DNA from: Cenococcum geophilum
Lineage: Eukaryota
DNA: 64,000 nucleotides
Assembly: GCA_050273025.1 (NCBI GenBank)
Contig: CP158635.1
Location: 27,776,001 to 27,840,000, forward strand
Reading direction: 5' to 3'
Both the position numbers and the translations under genes were made by a program. This document shows, one piece after another, positions 37,176 to 49,356 of this stretch. Below the pieces are notes generated by a model that made no database searches, was not told where the DNA came from, and worked only from the letters and a program-made list of their open reading frames with translations. The stretch's first letter is position 1. Each line of letters begins with the position of its first letter.

Positions 37176-39282
37176 ATTCTTTGGCGATTCCTCCTTATTA
37201 ATATTACTTAACCTATTTTCTTCTAATACTCCTATACCTTTCCTATAGTATTCTTTAAATTCTTTAGTAGTTCCTAGGTAGTCTTATTATAGCTTATCTA
37301 CTTAACCTTATACTATATTTTATTATTAACGTCCTTATAACTAATAATCTTTAAAACTTGCTATTTATTTTCTTCTTGTCCTCTATACATATCTGCTTTA
37401 TAGGCTAGTAGCTTAATATTCCCATATACTGGTTCTAGTATTGCGATATATTATATAGGGTAGATTTTTATCTTAGCTGGTAGGTTTAACTTAAATATAA
37501 CTAGTAAAATTCTTTATATAATTTCAAAAGGTCTTAGTCTAACATAGTTTAACTTCTTGCTTAGTTGTTAACTTTTAAAATTTTTGTATAGTAGCCATAC
37601 TTTATCTTCCTCCTTAAGATCTAGTCCCTTAAATCTCTTAGCGTCGTAATATTTCTTTATTCTTTACTATACTACCTTAGCTGTTTCTATAAGGTTCTTA
37701 TAAAGATTTATTAAAGTCTCCATTCTCTACTTAGCTATACTACTTATTTTCTTTACTTAACATAGCAATAACAATATTCTTAGCTTATATCTATAATTCG
37801 CCTTAAATAGTAATATACCCATTCCTTCTTATAGTGTTATATTATATACAAACTATATAACTAGTAACAATAATACCTAATTATTCTGTGCATAATTAAT
37901 ATAGTGTCTTAGATACTACTCTAGTGTCTAATTTAATCTTTCTATTTAACCGTCTATCTACAGATAATATACGGTAGAAGTTACTGCTTAAACTCCTTAC
38001 TCCGCTAAGAATACCTCCTAGAATGCTGCTATAAATCTTAGATCTCTATCTAATATAATCTTACTTAGTGCTCTATATCTTATAAACACTTCCTTAATAT
38101 AGATTTTAGCGATATCTTCTGCTAATATCTCTTCTGTACACGCTATAAAGTATCCCCACTTTATAAGCTTATCTACTATTACTAAAATCGCGTTATAATC
38201 TTATTCGGTAATAGGGTCTCTTAATTTTAGCAACTTAATAATAAAGTCCCATAATATAACCTCCTATAGTCTCTCTAGTATTTTAATAGGTTATAGCCCT
38301 CTATACGGCTTATGCCTCGTTAGTTTATTCCTTTAGCAATCTAGATATTCCTTTATAACCTATTTTACTAGTCCCTAGATTCCGTTAATAATATACTCCT
38401 CTTAGAGTCTTAACACTAAGCCTATAGCTCCATTGTATCCTTAAGTTAGTCCTTTATAAAATAACTTAATAAACTCTTTTGCAATAGATCTTAGCACGTA
38501 TATCGCTTTTTAATTTTTGTACTGCTTTAACTCCAAATCCTCTGCCTGTGCTTTTTAGATCCTTTATATCCAATTACTCTTTAGTAATTCGTGGATCTAT
38601 TCTTCTTATATTGCTATAATTTTTAGATAATTATACCTAATTAATCCATCTATATCTTTTCGCAATAAAGCCCCTAATAGCTTCTTATCATTTTGCAGTT
38701 TAGCTTTTTAACTTAAAGCATCTGCTCTTATATTATCTGTACCCTTAGTATACTAAATCTTAAAATAGTATTCTGTAAGCATCTCCGCCCATCTAACCTA
38801 TCTTTAGTTAAGTTCCTTCGTTATTAGGAATCCTATTAGGTTTTTATAATCCATTTTAACTATAAATAGTTTTTCTATACCTTATAAGAATACTCTCTAT
38901 TTCTTTAGTACTATAACTATACCTAACAACTCTTTATTATAGATGTTATAGTTTAGTTCTAGTAGTGTTATCTTTTAACTATAGTATGCCACTAGATGCT
39001 ATCCGTCTAGATGCTTTTATATAAAGTATACTCCTAGTATAAAGTCTAATACATCTATTTTTATAACCGTCTTTAGACCTAGTTAATAGATTTTAAGAAC
39101 TAGCTCTTAGGTAAACAATCTTTTAACTTCCTTAAATAGTTCTTATTATTCTTTTCCCTATACCTATAGTTCTTCTTTCTTTATTAACCGCGTAAATGGC
39201 TTAATATTCTTTAACTATTGCGCTATAAACCTTCTATAGTAGTTATAAAACCCTAGAAACGATTTTAACTATATAATATTCT

Positions 39283-39452
39283 TGTCGGTATATATTCGTC
39301 TTACGTATTACGTGCACAGCACGTAATCTACGCGAGACGCGTATATGTATCATTAAGACGTATAGATAGAACAACAAGAATTCACTAACAACACCGTATA
39401 GTACATATTATTACGATATATATATTCTGCACGTTATTAATATATACCAACA
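39283..39452. mobile_element. 170-bp solo LTR in the pol of H
   Basis: tgtcggtatatatt...aatatataccaaca inverted ends, TSD attct/gttct; absent from C (~13921-13930) and E. Confidence 0.9.
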
Positions 39453-42400
39453 GTTCTCTAGTTCTTACTAATTTATTATAGTCTTAATCTTCTTTAGATC
39501 TATACTAAGTTAGCCTAGTTTAATAATAAATCCGACGAAATTAGTCTTTCTAGTAAAGAACTCGCATTTCTCAATTGCTACTAGCATCTACTCCTCTTAT
39601 AGCCTTTTTAAGACCTATTCAATATATTCTCCATATTCTTTCTCCGTTATTAAGTAGATAATAATATCGTTAAGGTATACTATAACAAATTTATCTAAGT
39701 GCTCTCCTAATATATTATTAATTCGCTTCTAAAACGTTACTAGTGCGTTTATAAGCCCAAATTATATAACTAATGGTTTATATAGTCCTTTCTTTAATCT
39801 AAAGGCTGCCTTCTATTTATTGCCTTCCTTAATTCTAATCTAATAGTACGCCTATCTTAGATCTATCTTTATAAAGATTTACGCATTACCAATCCTATCT
39901 TAGATTTCGCTAATTAAGGGTAAAGGATACCTATCCTTCCTAGTGATACTATTTAACTATCTATAGTCAATATACAGCCTTAGCTTACCATTTTTCTTTA
40001 GTATAAATAGTACTAGATAACCTGCTAATAATTACAATAGTCCAATATATCCCTTTTGTAAGTTCTCCTAGATAAACTCTTTAAGTGCTTTACCTTCCTC
40101 TTTAGTAAGCTTATAGATTAGAAAGAACCTTAAACTTATTCCTAGTTCTAATTCTATCTTATAGTCCTATACTACATACTCTAACAGCTTTTTACTCTTT
40201 AGTAACTATAGTTTCTTGCTATACTTATAGTATCTCTTTAGTACATAACTTAGTCCTTTTTCTATTTCTTTATAGGTCGCTCTTACTTAGTACTATACCA
40301 ACTTAGCTTATTATTACATTTTACGGCGTTAAGTATCTCTAATATCGACCTAACCTATAATCTAATTAATCTTTAGATTATATTTCTATAACTAAGGCAT
40401 TCCTAATACTGCCTTATTATTCCCTAATAGTAATATATTAAAAGACATCTTAACTAGTCTTCCTTTAATGGTTAACTAAATAGGTCCTATTTTAAGGTTA
40501 ATAATACCTCCTCTGTAGGCTATTAGATCTCCTAAAATTATTACTAATAGGTAAGGACATTCCTTCTATCTGTGTGGTAACCCCATTCTTTTAACTGCTA
40601 TTAGCAAGATATAGTTCCTTATTACTCCACTATCTATTAGTACCTTAAACTATTAATCTTACTACTTTATTTATAAATTTAGGTATTATCCTTAAATTCC
40701 TTTAAGGGTCTAAGGCTCTACTTTTCCCAACTATTAGCTACTTAATTCTATTTATACTTAGTCTAACTTAGGCCAATACTTAGTTCGCTTTTTATCCTTA
40801 ATGTGCTATAGATAGGTATTCTCTAAATATTCCTACCATTATCGTCTATCTAGGTATTCTTTTATAAGGAATTTTCCTAGTTAAAGTATTAAGTCCCTTT
40901 ATTCTTAAACTTCTATAGGGTACTAACTATATATATACTTAGCGTTTTAATATTTTGCCTTATCCGTCATCCAATATATTCTTATTAGATACTTTCAATT
41001 TTTATCCTTAGGTACTTTATATATATTATATATATTATCCACACATACTATCTACGATAGTATATAATATACTTAGTGTCTTAGGTTAACTCTTAGCTTA
41101 TCTTTATCCTTAAGTTTAAACCTTTTTCGTATTAATCTAAGCGTCATAACTTCGTTTACAGGTACTAAGATTTATCTTTCGCTTTTCTAGTCCTCTAATT
41201 ACTCCTCTAGATCCTTTAATATTATAATTAAGGCTCCCTTAATATAAGTTATAGCCTTCTCTGTAATTAGGTAGTCTTAGATAACTTTTTTATCCAACTA
41301 TATATAGAAATCTTCCTACTCGTCATTATGCCTTTGCCTATACCACTTTTAGTATAGCTGCTTAAGTATATATAGTTAGTCCATAAAGAAGTATCTCTTT
41401 ATTACTGCGTTATAATAACCTTTAGTATATCGTTCCTTAAACCTAGTTGGAATCCCTAAATCCTCTTCTTATTCTAGTTTAATAAGCCACTTAGCTCTTA
41501 ATATGCCTACTCTCAGCCTATTAGTAATTCTTTATATAAGTGCTCTGTCCCTTATATAACCTAGTAGACTAGATCTCTTATTTAGTTTCTACTCTTACTA
41601 TAAGGTAATTCTTACTCTAAATTCCTCTATAGCTTCTTTTTTTTTTTTACATCTTATAAGTAGATCCTTAAAGTCTTTATACTTCTTAATCTTAGTATTA
41701 ATTTTTCAATCTTTAGGCTAAACACTATATTTAACTAGTAAGTCCTCTAGGTTTATATATCTATCTCCTAGTTTAACTGCTACCTATATTACAGATTCTC
41801 TAATCTATAAAGAAGCTCCTTACCTCTTACCTATAGGTGTCCTTATTTATTCTCTAAATTCTTAGTCCCTTAGATTCTTTAATCCTAAGCTTACTTCTAA
41901 CTTAAGCTTAGCTCCCGCCTTAGTCTAACTAGGCATCTATAATATTCTTATCTTATTTTAAGAGTCTTAAATCTTATCTATCTTATCTTAAGAATCTAAT
42001 ACTATAGGAAACTCTTATCCCAAGCTTATTTATATATTTCTAAACTAAGCTGCTGCTCTACTCTATTAGTTTTTATCCGTTATAAGTCCTTAAGCTATCC
42101 TTATCCTATCTACAGAATCTTAAATCTCTCTTATCTTATCTTAAGAATCTTAAGCCTTTAGCCTTTTACCTTTATTAAGTGGTAAGCTAGCACTAGCAGT
42201 TATCTACTTACTTAATCTCTTTTAAATACTACTCCTACCGTCTTATAAAGTAATAGATGCCGTATCTAACGGTATTATAATACCCATTACTAAACCTTAC
42301 TCTATAGCGGTCTTAGTCTCTACTTCTATTATAACTTTTCTAAGGTTTATATATTCCTAGTAAACTACCTTTATTTCCTTATTATCTATAAATATTTTAC

Positions 42401-43756
42401 CTATATTAAACTTATTATCTTTAATATCCAATCTACGTAATAATTCATTAGTTTCTCTATACTTTATAGATTTTAGCTTTTATAGCTAATAGCTTACGCC
42501 ATACTTAGCGTCTTTATAAATTTAGTATATATTATTATAACAAAACGCAAAACTTTAGATTAAACATTCTTTTATTCCTTATAGTATACTATTATTCCTT
42601 TATATATATATATCTTCTGCTATTAGTCTAGTTCCCTTTATTACATAGTAACTCTAACTATCTTTATAATCCCTTACAAAATAACCTTATTTCCCGCAAT
42701 TTATATAAGCTCTATCTTTAAACCACTAACTTTACTATAGAGTCCGCCTAAACGTCTTCTACTACTAAGATCCCTAGTTTAGCCTCTACTCCTTAGTCCT
42801 ATGATTACTAGATCCTTAACCTTTAAGTTTTTATAGTTTTTTACTCCATCTCTTATAGGCTTCTTTAGTACCGCTTAGGTTTATTAGCTCTACGCTATAC
42901 TATAGTTTCTAACTTAGCTTTAGTTATTGCGTGCTCTACGTCTTATATAACTATAGAACTCTATCTTAACCCTTCTTAGCCTGTTCCCTTTAAAAGATCC
43001 TATTATTAATCTTAATCGCTTAATCTATTAATTCCCTTAGGGTATCCGCATCTTTTATTAAAATAATTATATCTTAGACTTTAGCCTTAAGTCTCTACTT
43101 ATACTATACCATAAGCGCCCTATTATTCTACTTAACTTATATCGCTAACGTTTAGAACTACATTATATATTTAATAGCTAAGGTTCGTTATATAATATCT
43201 TAAAGTTTTTTTTCCGCTATAGTTATTACCTCTAAATCTCCAAACATCTATATAAGTTACTCTATAAATCTATTCTAGCTTAAAAATATAAACCGTACTT
43301 CCTAGTTCGTTATTATTATTCCGTTTACTTATATCTCTATAAGGTAAGGCTTAAACCATTTAAGTGCTCTTCCTAATAAGAACAATCCTACATACGCTAT
43401 TTAATCCATAAGTATTACCAGCTTTACTCCCTCTTACGTAACCTTAAAGTATATTTGCGTAAGGAATCCTTTAAGCTTTAATCTCTCTCCTAAGAATCTT
43501 TCGATTAATAATAACTTAACCTTTACTACTCCTATCCCGTTAATCTTTTATTTAAGTACCATATTATTTTCTATTAGTTAGTTAACTATTTCCTATAATT
43601 ACACTACTGTTATAGGCTATTGCGAGTTAGTATTTACTATACTAGTGTCGTTACCTAATCTTAAAGTAGTTGCCGCCGTTAATAGCGTTATAGTAGCTGC
43701 TTTTGGTGGTATGTTGTTTAACTTCTTATATTAATACTATAACTAGGTAGTAATTA

Positions 43757-44181
43757 TATAATAGAACCTTGTAGCAAGAACTACAGTAGGCTTATTATTA
43801 GGCTAGGTGTATAGGAAATATAAGTATAAAAGTTAATAATATAATAATAACTAGTAGAGTGGTTGCCTAATAGATTAACTCTAATTATATTCTGAGAATT
43901 ACTACGAGAAAGGAACTATCTAGGTAGGGACTAAGGGTCCTTAAATATATAACCGTACTCCTATAAAAGTCGTTGCTTTATCTACTCTATCTACTCTATT
44001 CGCTCTGTTATAGATCTCGCAGATTATATAGATTATATAGATTATATTACGTGACCTTACTTACCATTCCTCGTTATATGGTTTTATGGGTTCCATTCTA
44101 GACCGTGCCTATATTAACCAACTAGCTTCTTTTAACTCCTCTCCAAATAGTCGTAACATTGTACTTAAAGCGTCCGTAACA
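43757..44181 (-). repeat. 5' LTR of H
   Basis: Matches 36046-36470; followed by TSD TTTAG. Confidence 0.94.
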
Positions 44182-45070
44182 TTTAGCAGATAGCTATATT
44201 AGGGCTTTAGGGCGTTTTTGTCCCTATATTCTTCCGGTAACTTATTATCTTTATTATACTAGTATTCCATCTATTTATCTAGGTACTTTAGGGGTTTAGG
44301 CGTATTAGGGTATTAGTTATAAAACTCTTTAAGCTTTTAGGGGTAGCCGATAAAGTTCTATATAGGGTACTAAGTTGGGTCTAGATTATAGCCCTTCTAT
44401 TAGATACGGTATTTTAGCGTTCCCTATACTATCTTATAGGCCAGTATTTTATTAACTTCCTATTTGTTATTACCGTTTACTTAAACTAGTAGAGGAAGCT
44501 CATTCTTTTGTCCAGGTAATAGGTTATTTACAGCTTTCTATAACTTATTTGGCGAGAAGATAGAGTAAACCCTAATTAAATCTAAGAGCTGTACCTTATA
44601 CAAGTTATCTATTTTCTTAAGAACCTTATATAGTCCTACTATCTAGTAGTCTAGCTTACGGCTAGGTCATTTAGTTTTCTAATTCCTTATTATAACCTAG
44701 ACTATATCGCTAGGGGCAAAATTAGGCTCTTGACGGTGTTTATTTGCCTGCTGTTTTATTAACCTTTAGGCTTTTTCTAGGTTCTTACGGGCTACCATCT
44801 AAGCTTCCTCTAAGTATTTAGCGTACTGTTAGGCCTTGGTATAGAATAGCTTCTCTTATTGAAGGCAAATCTTATGGCAAAGCCAAAGGAAAAGCTTGAT
44901 TTAACAATTATCATACTATCTACGAACCGTAGCTACGTGATATCCCCTTGTGTAACCAACACTAATCAGTGGTTAACTTCACTGTTATACCACAAAACAG
45001 TAAGGTATTCCACTAAGAAGAGACGAGCCACTGTACCAGTGCTACTTATGCTAAAGGAAGCTGTTTTTTA

Positions 45071-45240
45071 AGGTTAGAACTGGTCCTAAACCTTAAATAG
45101 AACTCTTCTATAAATCTAAGGATCTAAAGGCTAGAACTGGTCCTGAGCCTTTCTAAGATTATGGATTCTTGCGTCTATTACGCAGAATAACACGCTTTAT
45201 AAGTCTTCGCGATTTAAGGCCAGAACTGGTCCTAAGCCCT
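45071..45240 (+). repeat. Three spaced copies of aaggccagaactggtcctgagcc in the 5' UTR of L (also in M at ~57365-57533)
   Basis: Copies at ~45071, ~45127 and ~45216. Confidence 0.85.
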
Positions 45241-45316
45241 ATAATCGCAAATATACGTCTAAACGCGTACCAAACGACAATCCCTACACTAATAACACTT
45301 CCCTCCCTCTAAAAAC

Positions 45317-48300
45317 ATGGCTACGCCTACTTTAAATAACTAGAAAGACTCCTTACCACTAGGGGTAGCTAAGTACGCGAAACTTATTAATGAAGATTGG
45401 GACGAATTCGCCTTTAATATAACAACTTATACCGTAAAATAAGTTAACGGCTTTCTCCTATACTATATTATATTCTACCGAAATAGATGCTACGCCGATT
45501 TACAACTATGGGAGTATTTTAGGGAGGATTTTATAGGATGGACTGCTAATACCTAGGTACTTGGCAACGTTAATATTATTTAGGACTTTTAAGACTTTCT
45601 CTATAGGAATAGGGTATACATTGCTAAGAATGGTAACCTAATTGCTAGCAATATTTAGGCCGTTATTACTAGTATAGAAGAACTAATATGGACGGAAGCT
45701 AAAATTATACGTTAACTATAGAAACCTAAAAACAACCCATATTCTTTGGAAGGCAACTTTAATTTATATTAAAACCCCCAGAACACTAACCCCCCACCTA
45801 AAGCTGCTCTCCTACCTAGAGGTGCTCTCCCACTTAGAGTTACTCCGCCTTTACCTCCTCCACTCTAGCTAACCGGTAAGCCTTTACTATAAAAAGTTAC
45901 GAATCTAATAAAGGTATATTCGGACGAAGAGAAGAAGTTTAAAGGAGAACTGTATAAAATACTCGGAGCAAAACTATAGGTCTTTTATAACTGTTATAAT
46001 AAGGTTAAAATTTAACGCCACTAGTACTATTACGCTTTCTCTATTATATTAAAGGGACGGGCGGTAACATTCTATTACAACTATATTGCGGGTAAAAACT
46101 ATAACTTTAATACAATGCTTTAGCTTACTAGAGCCCACTTTAAGACTAATAAGAATCGCCAACTTTATATATCTAAATGGCGGGAGACTATGTTTTAGAG
46201 AGTTATTGCTTCTAACCTAATAAAGACTTATTTAGAGTGCCTTTAACTACTCTTTAATAAACTCTAGAAAATCTAACGTGGCCTTACTAAAACTTACTAA
46301 AATAAGAACAGCCTAAGGGACTAGGTTATCTTAGCATACCATAGCGTTCTTAAGTGTAACTTGGCGCTATATAAACCTATAGATACGTTTAAAGGAGTAT
46401 ATGCTAAGCTACGCTCCGCTATAGGTACTATAATGCGAATATAAGAATCTTAATAGTTTTATACCGAAAACCCTACCTAACTAAGTATTCCTGACTAATA
46501 CGATTATAACTGGACTGATTAAATATATAGTGGCCGCGGTAGGGAATACGGAAGAGGGTACGATTAATATTAACTATAAGGCAACCATAGAGGTCCCGGT
46601 GGAGGTTTATTTTAAAGTAATTACTAAAAGAAGTGCTACGTTTGTAAGAAGCCAAATTGCTAGTTAACTAGACACTCCCTTAATAAGCGAAAAGAGGTAT
46701 ATAATAAGTTCCGTTAAAGTATAAGAAATGTTAAAAATTATAAGGTTACTGCGGCCTACTTTTAAAGCTTCCTGGTTTAATACGAAGGCGTAGAAAACCT
46801 TAAGGGTAAGGTTAATGAGACTAAACAGCTCCTTATGGATATAGAAATTAAGGACTACTTATCTAACCAATACTTTACTAAGTATAGTAAGGTAAATAGT
46901 ATATAAACCGTCGCTGTTCTTAATGACCAATCTACGCTCTATTTTATTACGAAGTTAGATATCTTTAATAAGCTAAAGGAGAGCTCCGCGTTTTCCTTTA
47001 ATAACAGATACTCGGCAAACGTCTTCTATAGTATTATGCCGGATACTAAAGCTGTAGGAGTATCTATAGCAGGAGAACCTTAAGTTTAAGCCCTTTAGCA
47101 GCTTAATAGCTCTGTTTAGATTAACTATTTAACGGTAGGCCAATATACGATTTATTTTAGCAAAGGTACTATAATTTCTCTCGGCATAATTAGGGTTTAA
47201 ACCCCCTTAGGGTATATTACTTTTTACGTTATTTCTATAAATACCCCGTTTTTATTTTGTATTAGAGATATAGATAAACTAGGTGTTAAGCTTAATAACC
47301 TTAAGAATATGCTCGTGTAGGGAGATAATCGGGTGCCTATTATACGTAAGTGGGGTTACCCTTAGCTACTCCTTTAATAACTAGAAAAGAGTGTTGCTTA
47401 GAGCCATTTAACTAAGTTAGAGTTACGCCAACTATACCGTCATTTTAGTTACCTATTAGTTTACTAATTACTTAGGGTTCTTTAGTAAGCAGGCTATAAA
47501 GTCGAGGTTAAGGTAATTAAGCATCTTATAAAATACTGCTACCACTGCTAAATAAACCAGAGGTCCCCTGGCCGATTTAAGTTTACCCTTAAAGATAACT
47601 ACAACTTTAACTTCTGTATTATTGTCGACGTTATATACCTTAGCGGCAAGCTAGTACTCTAAGTTATTAACTTCTTAACCTCCTTCTAAGCCGCACGATT
47701 TTTAAAGGATATATTAGCTAGGAACGTATAGGATACCCTTTAGTTATACTAGATTAATGTCTACCTAGGACCCCCTAATTAAATTGTCTATAACGTAGGA
47801 AAGAACTTCTTATCTATAGAGTTCCGATAATAAATAAAGGTAATAGCAATTGAGGTTAAGGAAGTCCCTATTAAGGCATATAATAGTATTAGAAAAGTAG
47901 AACGATATTACACGCTATTACGCCGCGTATATAAGATTATCTCTTTAGAACTAAAGGATGCTAGCGAAGAACTTACCTTGTAAATAGCTGTTAAAGCTAT
48001 TAACAATTCCGCTGGCCCGGATAGACTTATACCTATATTGCTAGTCTTTAGCGCCTACCCTTAAATAACTAACGATTCTTTACTATCTCCCTCTATTATA
48101 TAACGAGCTAAGGCTATTTATAAGGTAATAAAGGAGGTGCGATATCTCTACGCTATACGCTAGGTTAACGACGTATTAGGAATAAGAAATGGCCTAAATA
48201 CCTTAACTACGCTTAATCTACTACTCTAGTCTAAGGTACGCGTATAGCGTAAAAAGGGAGGATAGTTAGGCCTACACCAACTTATTGCAATTAATGGTTA

Positions 48301-49356
48301 AACTTATACTATTTAGATGCCTTACGGACCTACTTAATTCCGTTTAACTGTTATTAAGCCTTACTATAAAGATAACAATTCTAAGCCTTTATAGGATGCT
48401 CTAGAAGATACTTTAGAAGAGAACTACGATTAATATACTTTAGAAGGCGACTACAATCCCAATATAATTGTAGTAGATGCGCCATAACTATAACGCGGTA
48501 GAGGTCGCCCGAAGGGATCACGAAATCGCCAACATCTTATTAATTTTAAAGAACAATTTATTGCTGCCATTAAGAATGGAGTTAAGTTATTAATGGCCTT
48601 TATGACAGCTAAGGAGAAGGCTGACTTTGAACTCGCAAAATAGCTCTAAAAGGAAGGTTGTATTATAACTCTAGGAGCTCCTTTCTAAGCATCTAATAAG
48701 TAGGAGATCGATGGTCTTATTACAAGAGGAGTTTTTAAATTTAAGAAGTATAACCCTACTAAGTTTAATAAAGTTCGCATCTTTAATTTAAGAATGGTTA
48801 ATAAGATTAAAGGTAAAGCTACTGATGCCCCATTCGAGAAATTAAGGCTTATTATCTAAGGTTATAACAACAATGGTAAGGAGATAATTCTTATGCAATT
48901 TCCTACGATTTAACGAGCTAGTCAACGAGTTATTGTTGCATTAGCTCCCTCCTTAATAAAGAATGGAATGGCGGTCTATTTGCGAGATATTACCTAGGCC
49001 TACACCCAATCAGAGACACACCTTCAGCGCTTAATATTGGCACACCTTCCAGAGCAAATTCGCCACCAATATCCCGAAGATACAATCATGGTTGTGCTTA
49101 AGCCATTATATGGAATCGCAGAGGCAGGAACTCATTGGTGGGCTACCTACAGCAAGCACCACAAAGAGAAGCTTTTGATGACTACTTCTACATTCGACCC
49201 ATGCTTCCTCATCACAACCACGGGAACTCCATTCGGAATCGTCGGCATGCAAACTGATGATACAATTATTTTAGGAGACGACCGATTCTCAGCTCTTGAA
49301 GAAGATGAACTAGTGAAGGCAAATCTTATGGCAAAGCCAAAGGAAAAGCTTGATTT
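45317..49356 (+). pseudogene. Copia gag-pol relic of L, truncated within RT (no RNase H)
   Basis: ATG at 45317, knuckle KCYVCKKPNC(W).TRH ~46632, protease MPDT ~47036, ELRQL(H)R.F(GH) ~47420, integrase VDV ~47623. RT motifs KPLYGIAEAGTHW and QTDD are intact in ORF 49037-49429. Confidence 0.93.

Larger units (their letters stand above)
36046..44181 (-). mobile_element. Full-length Ty3/Gypsy chromovirus H (family C/E/H)
   Basis: 425-bp LTRs at 36046-36470 and 43757-44181, TSD TTTAG, PPT at 36471-36487; colinear with C and E. Confidence 0.96.
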
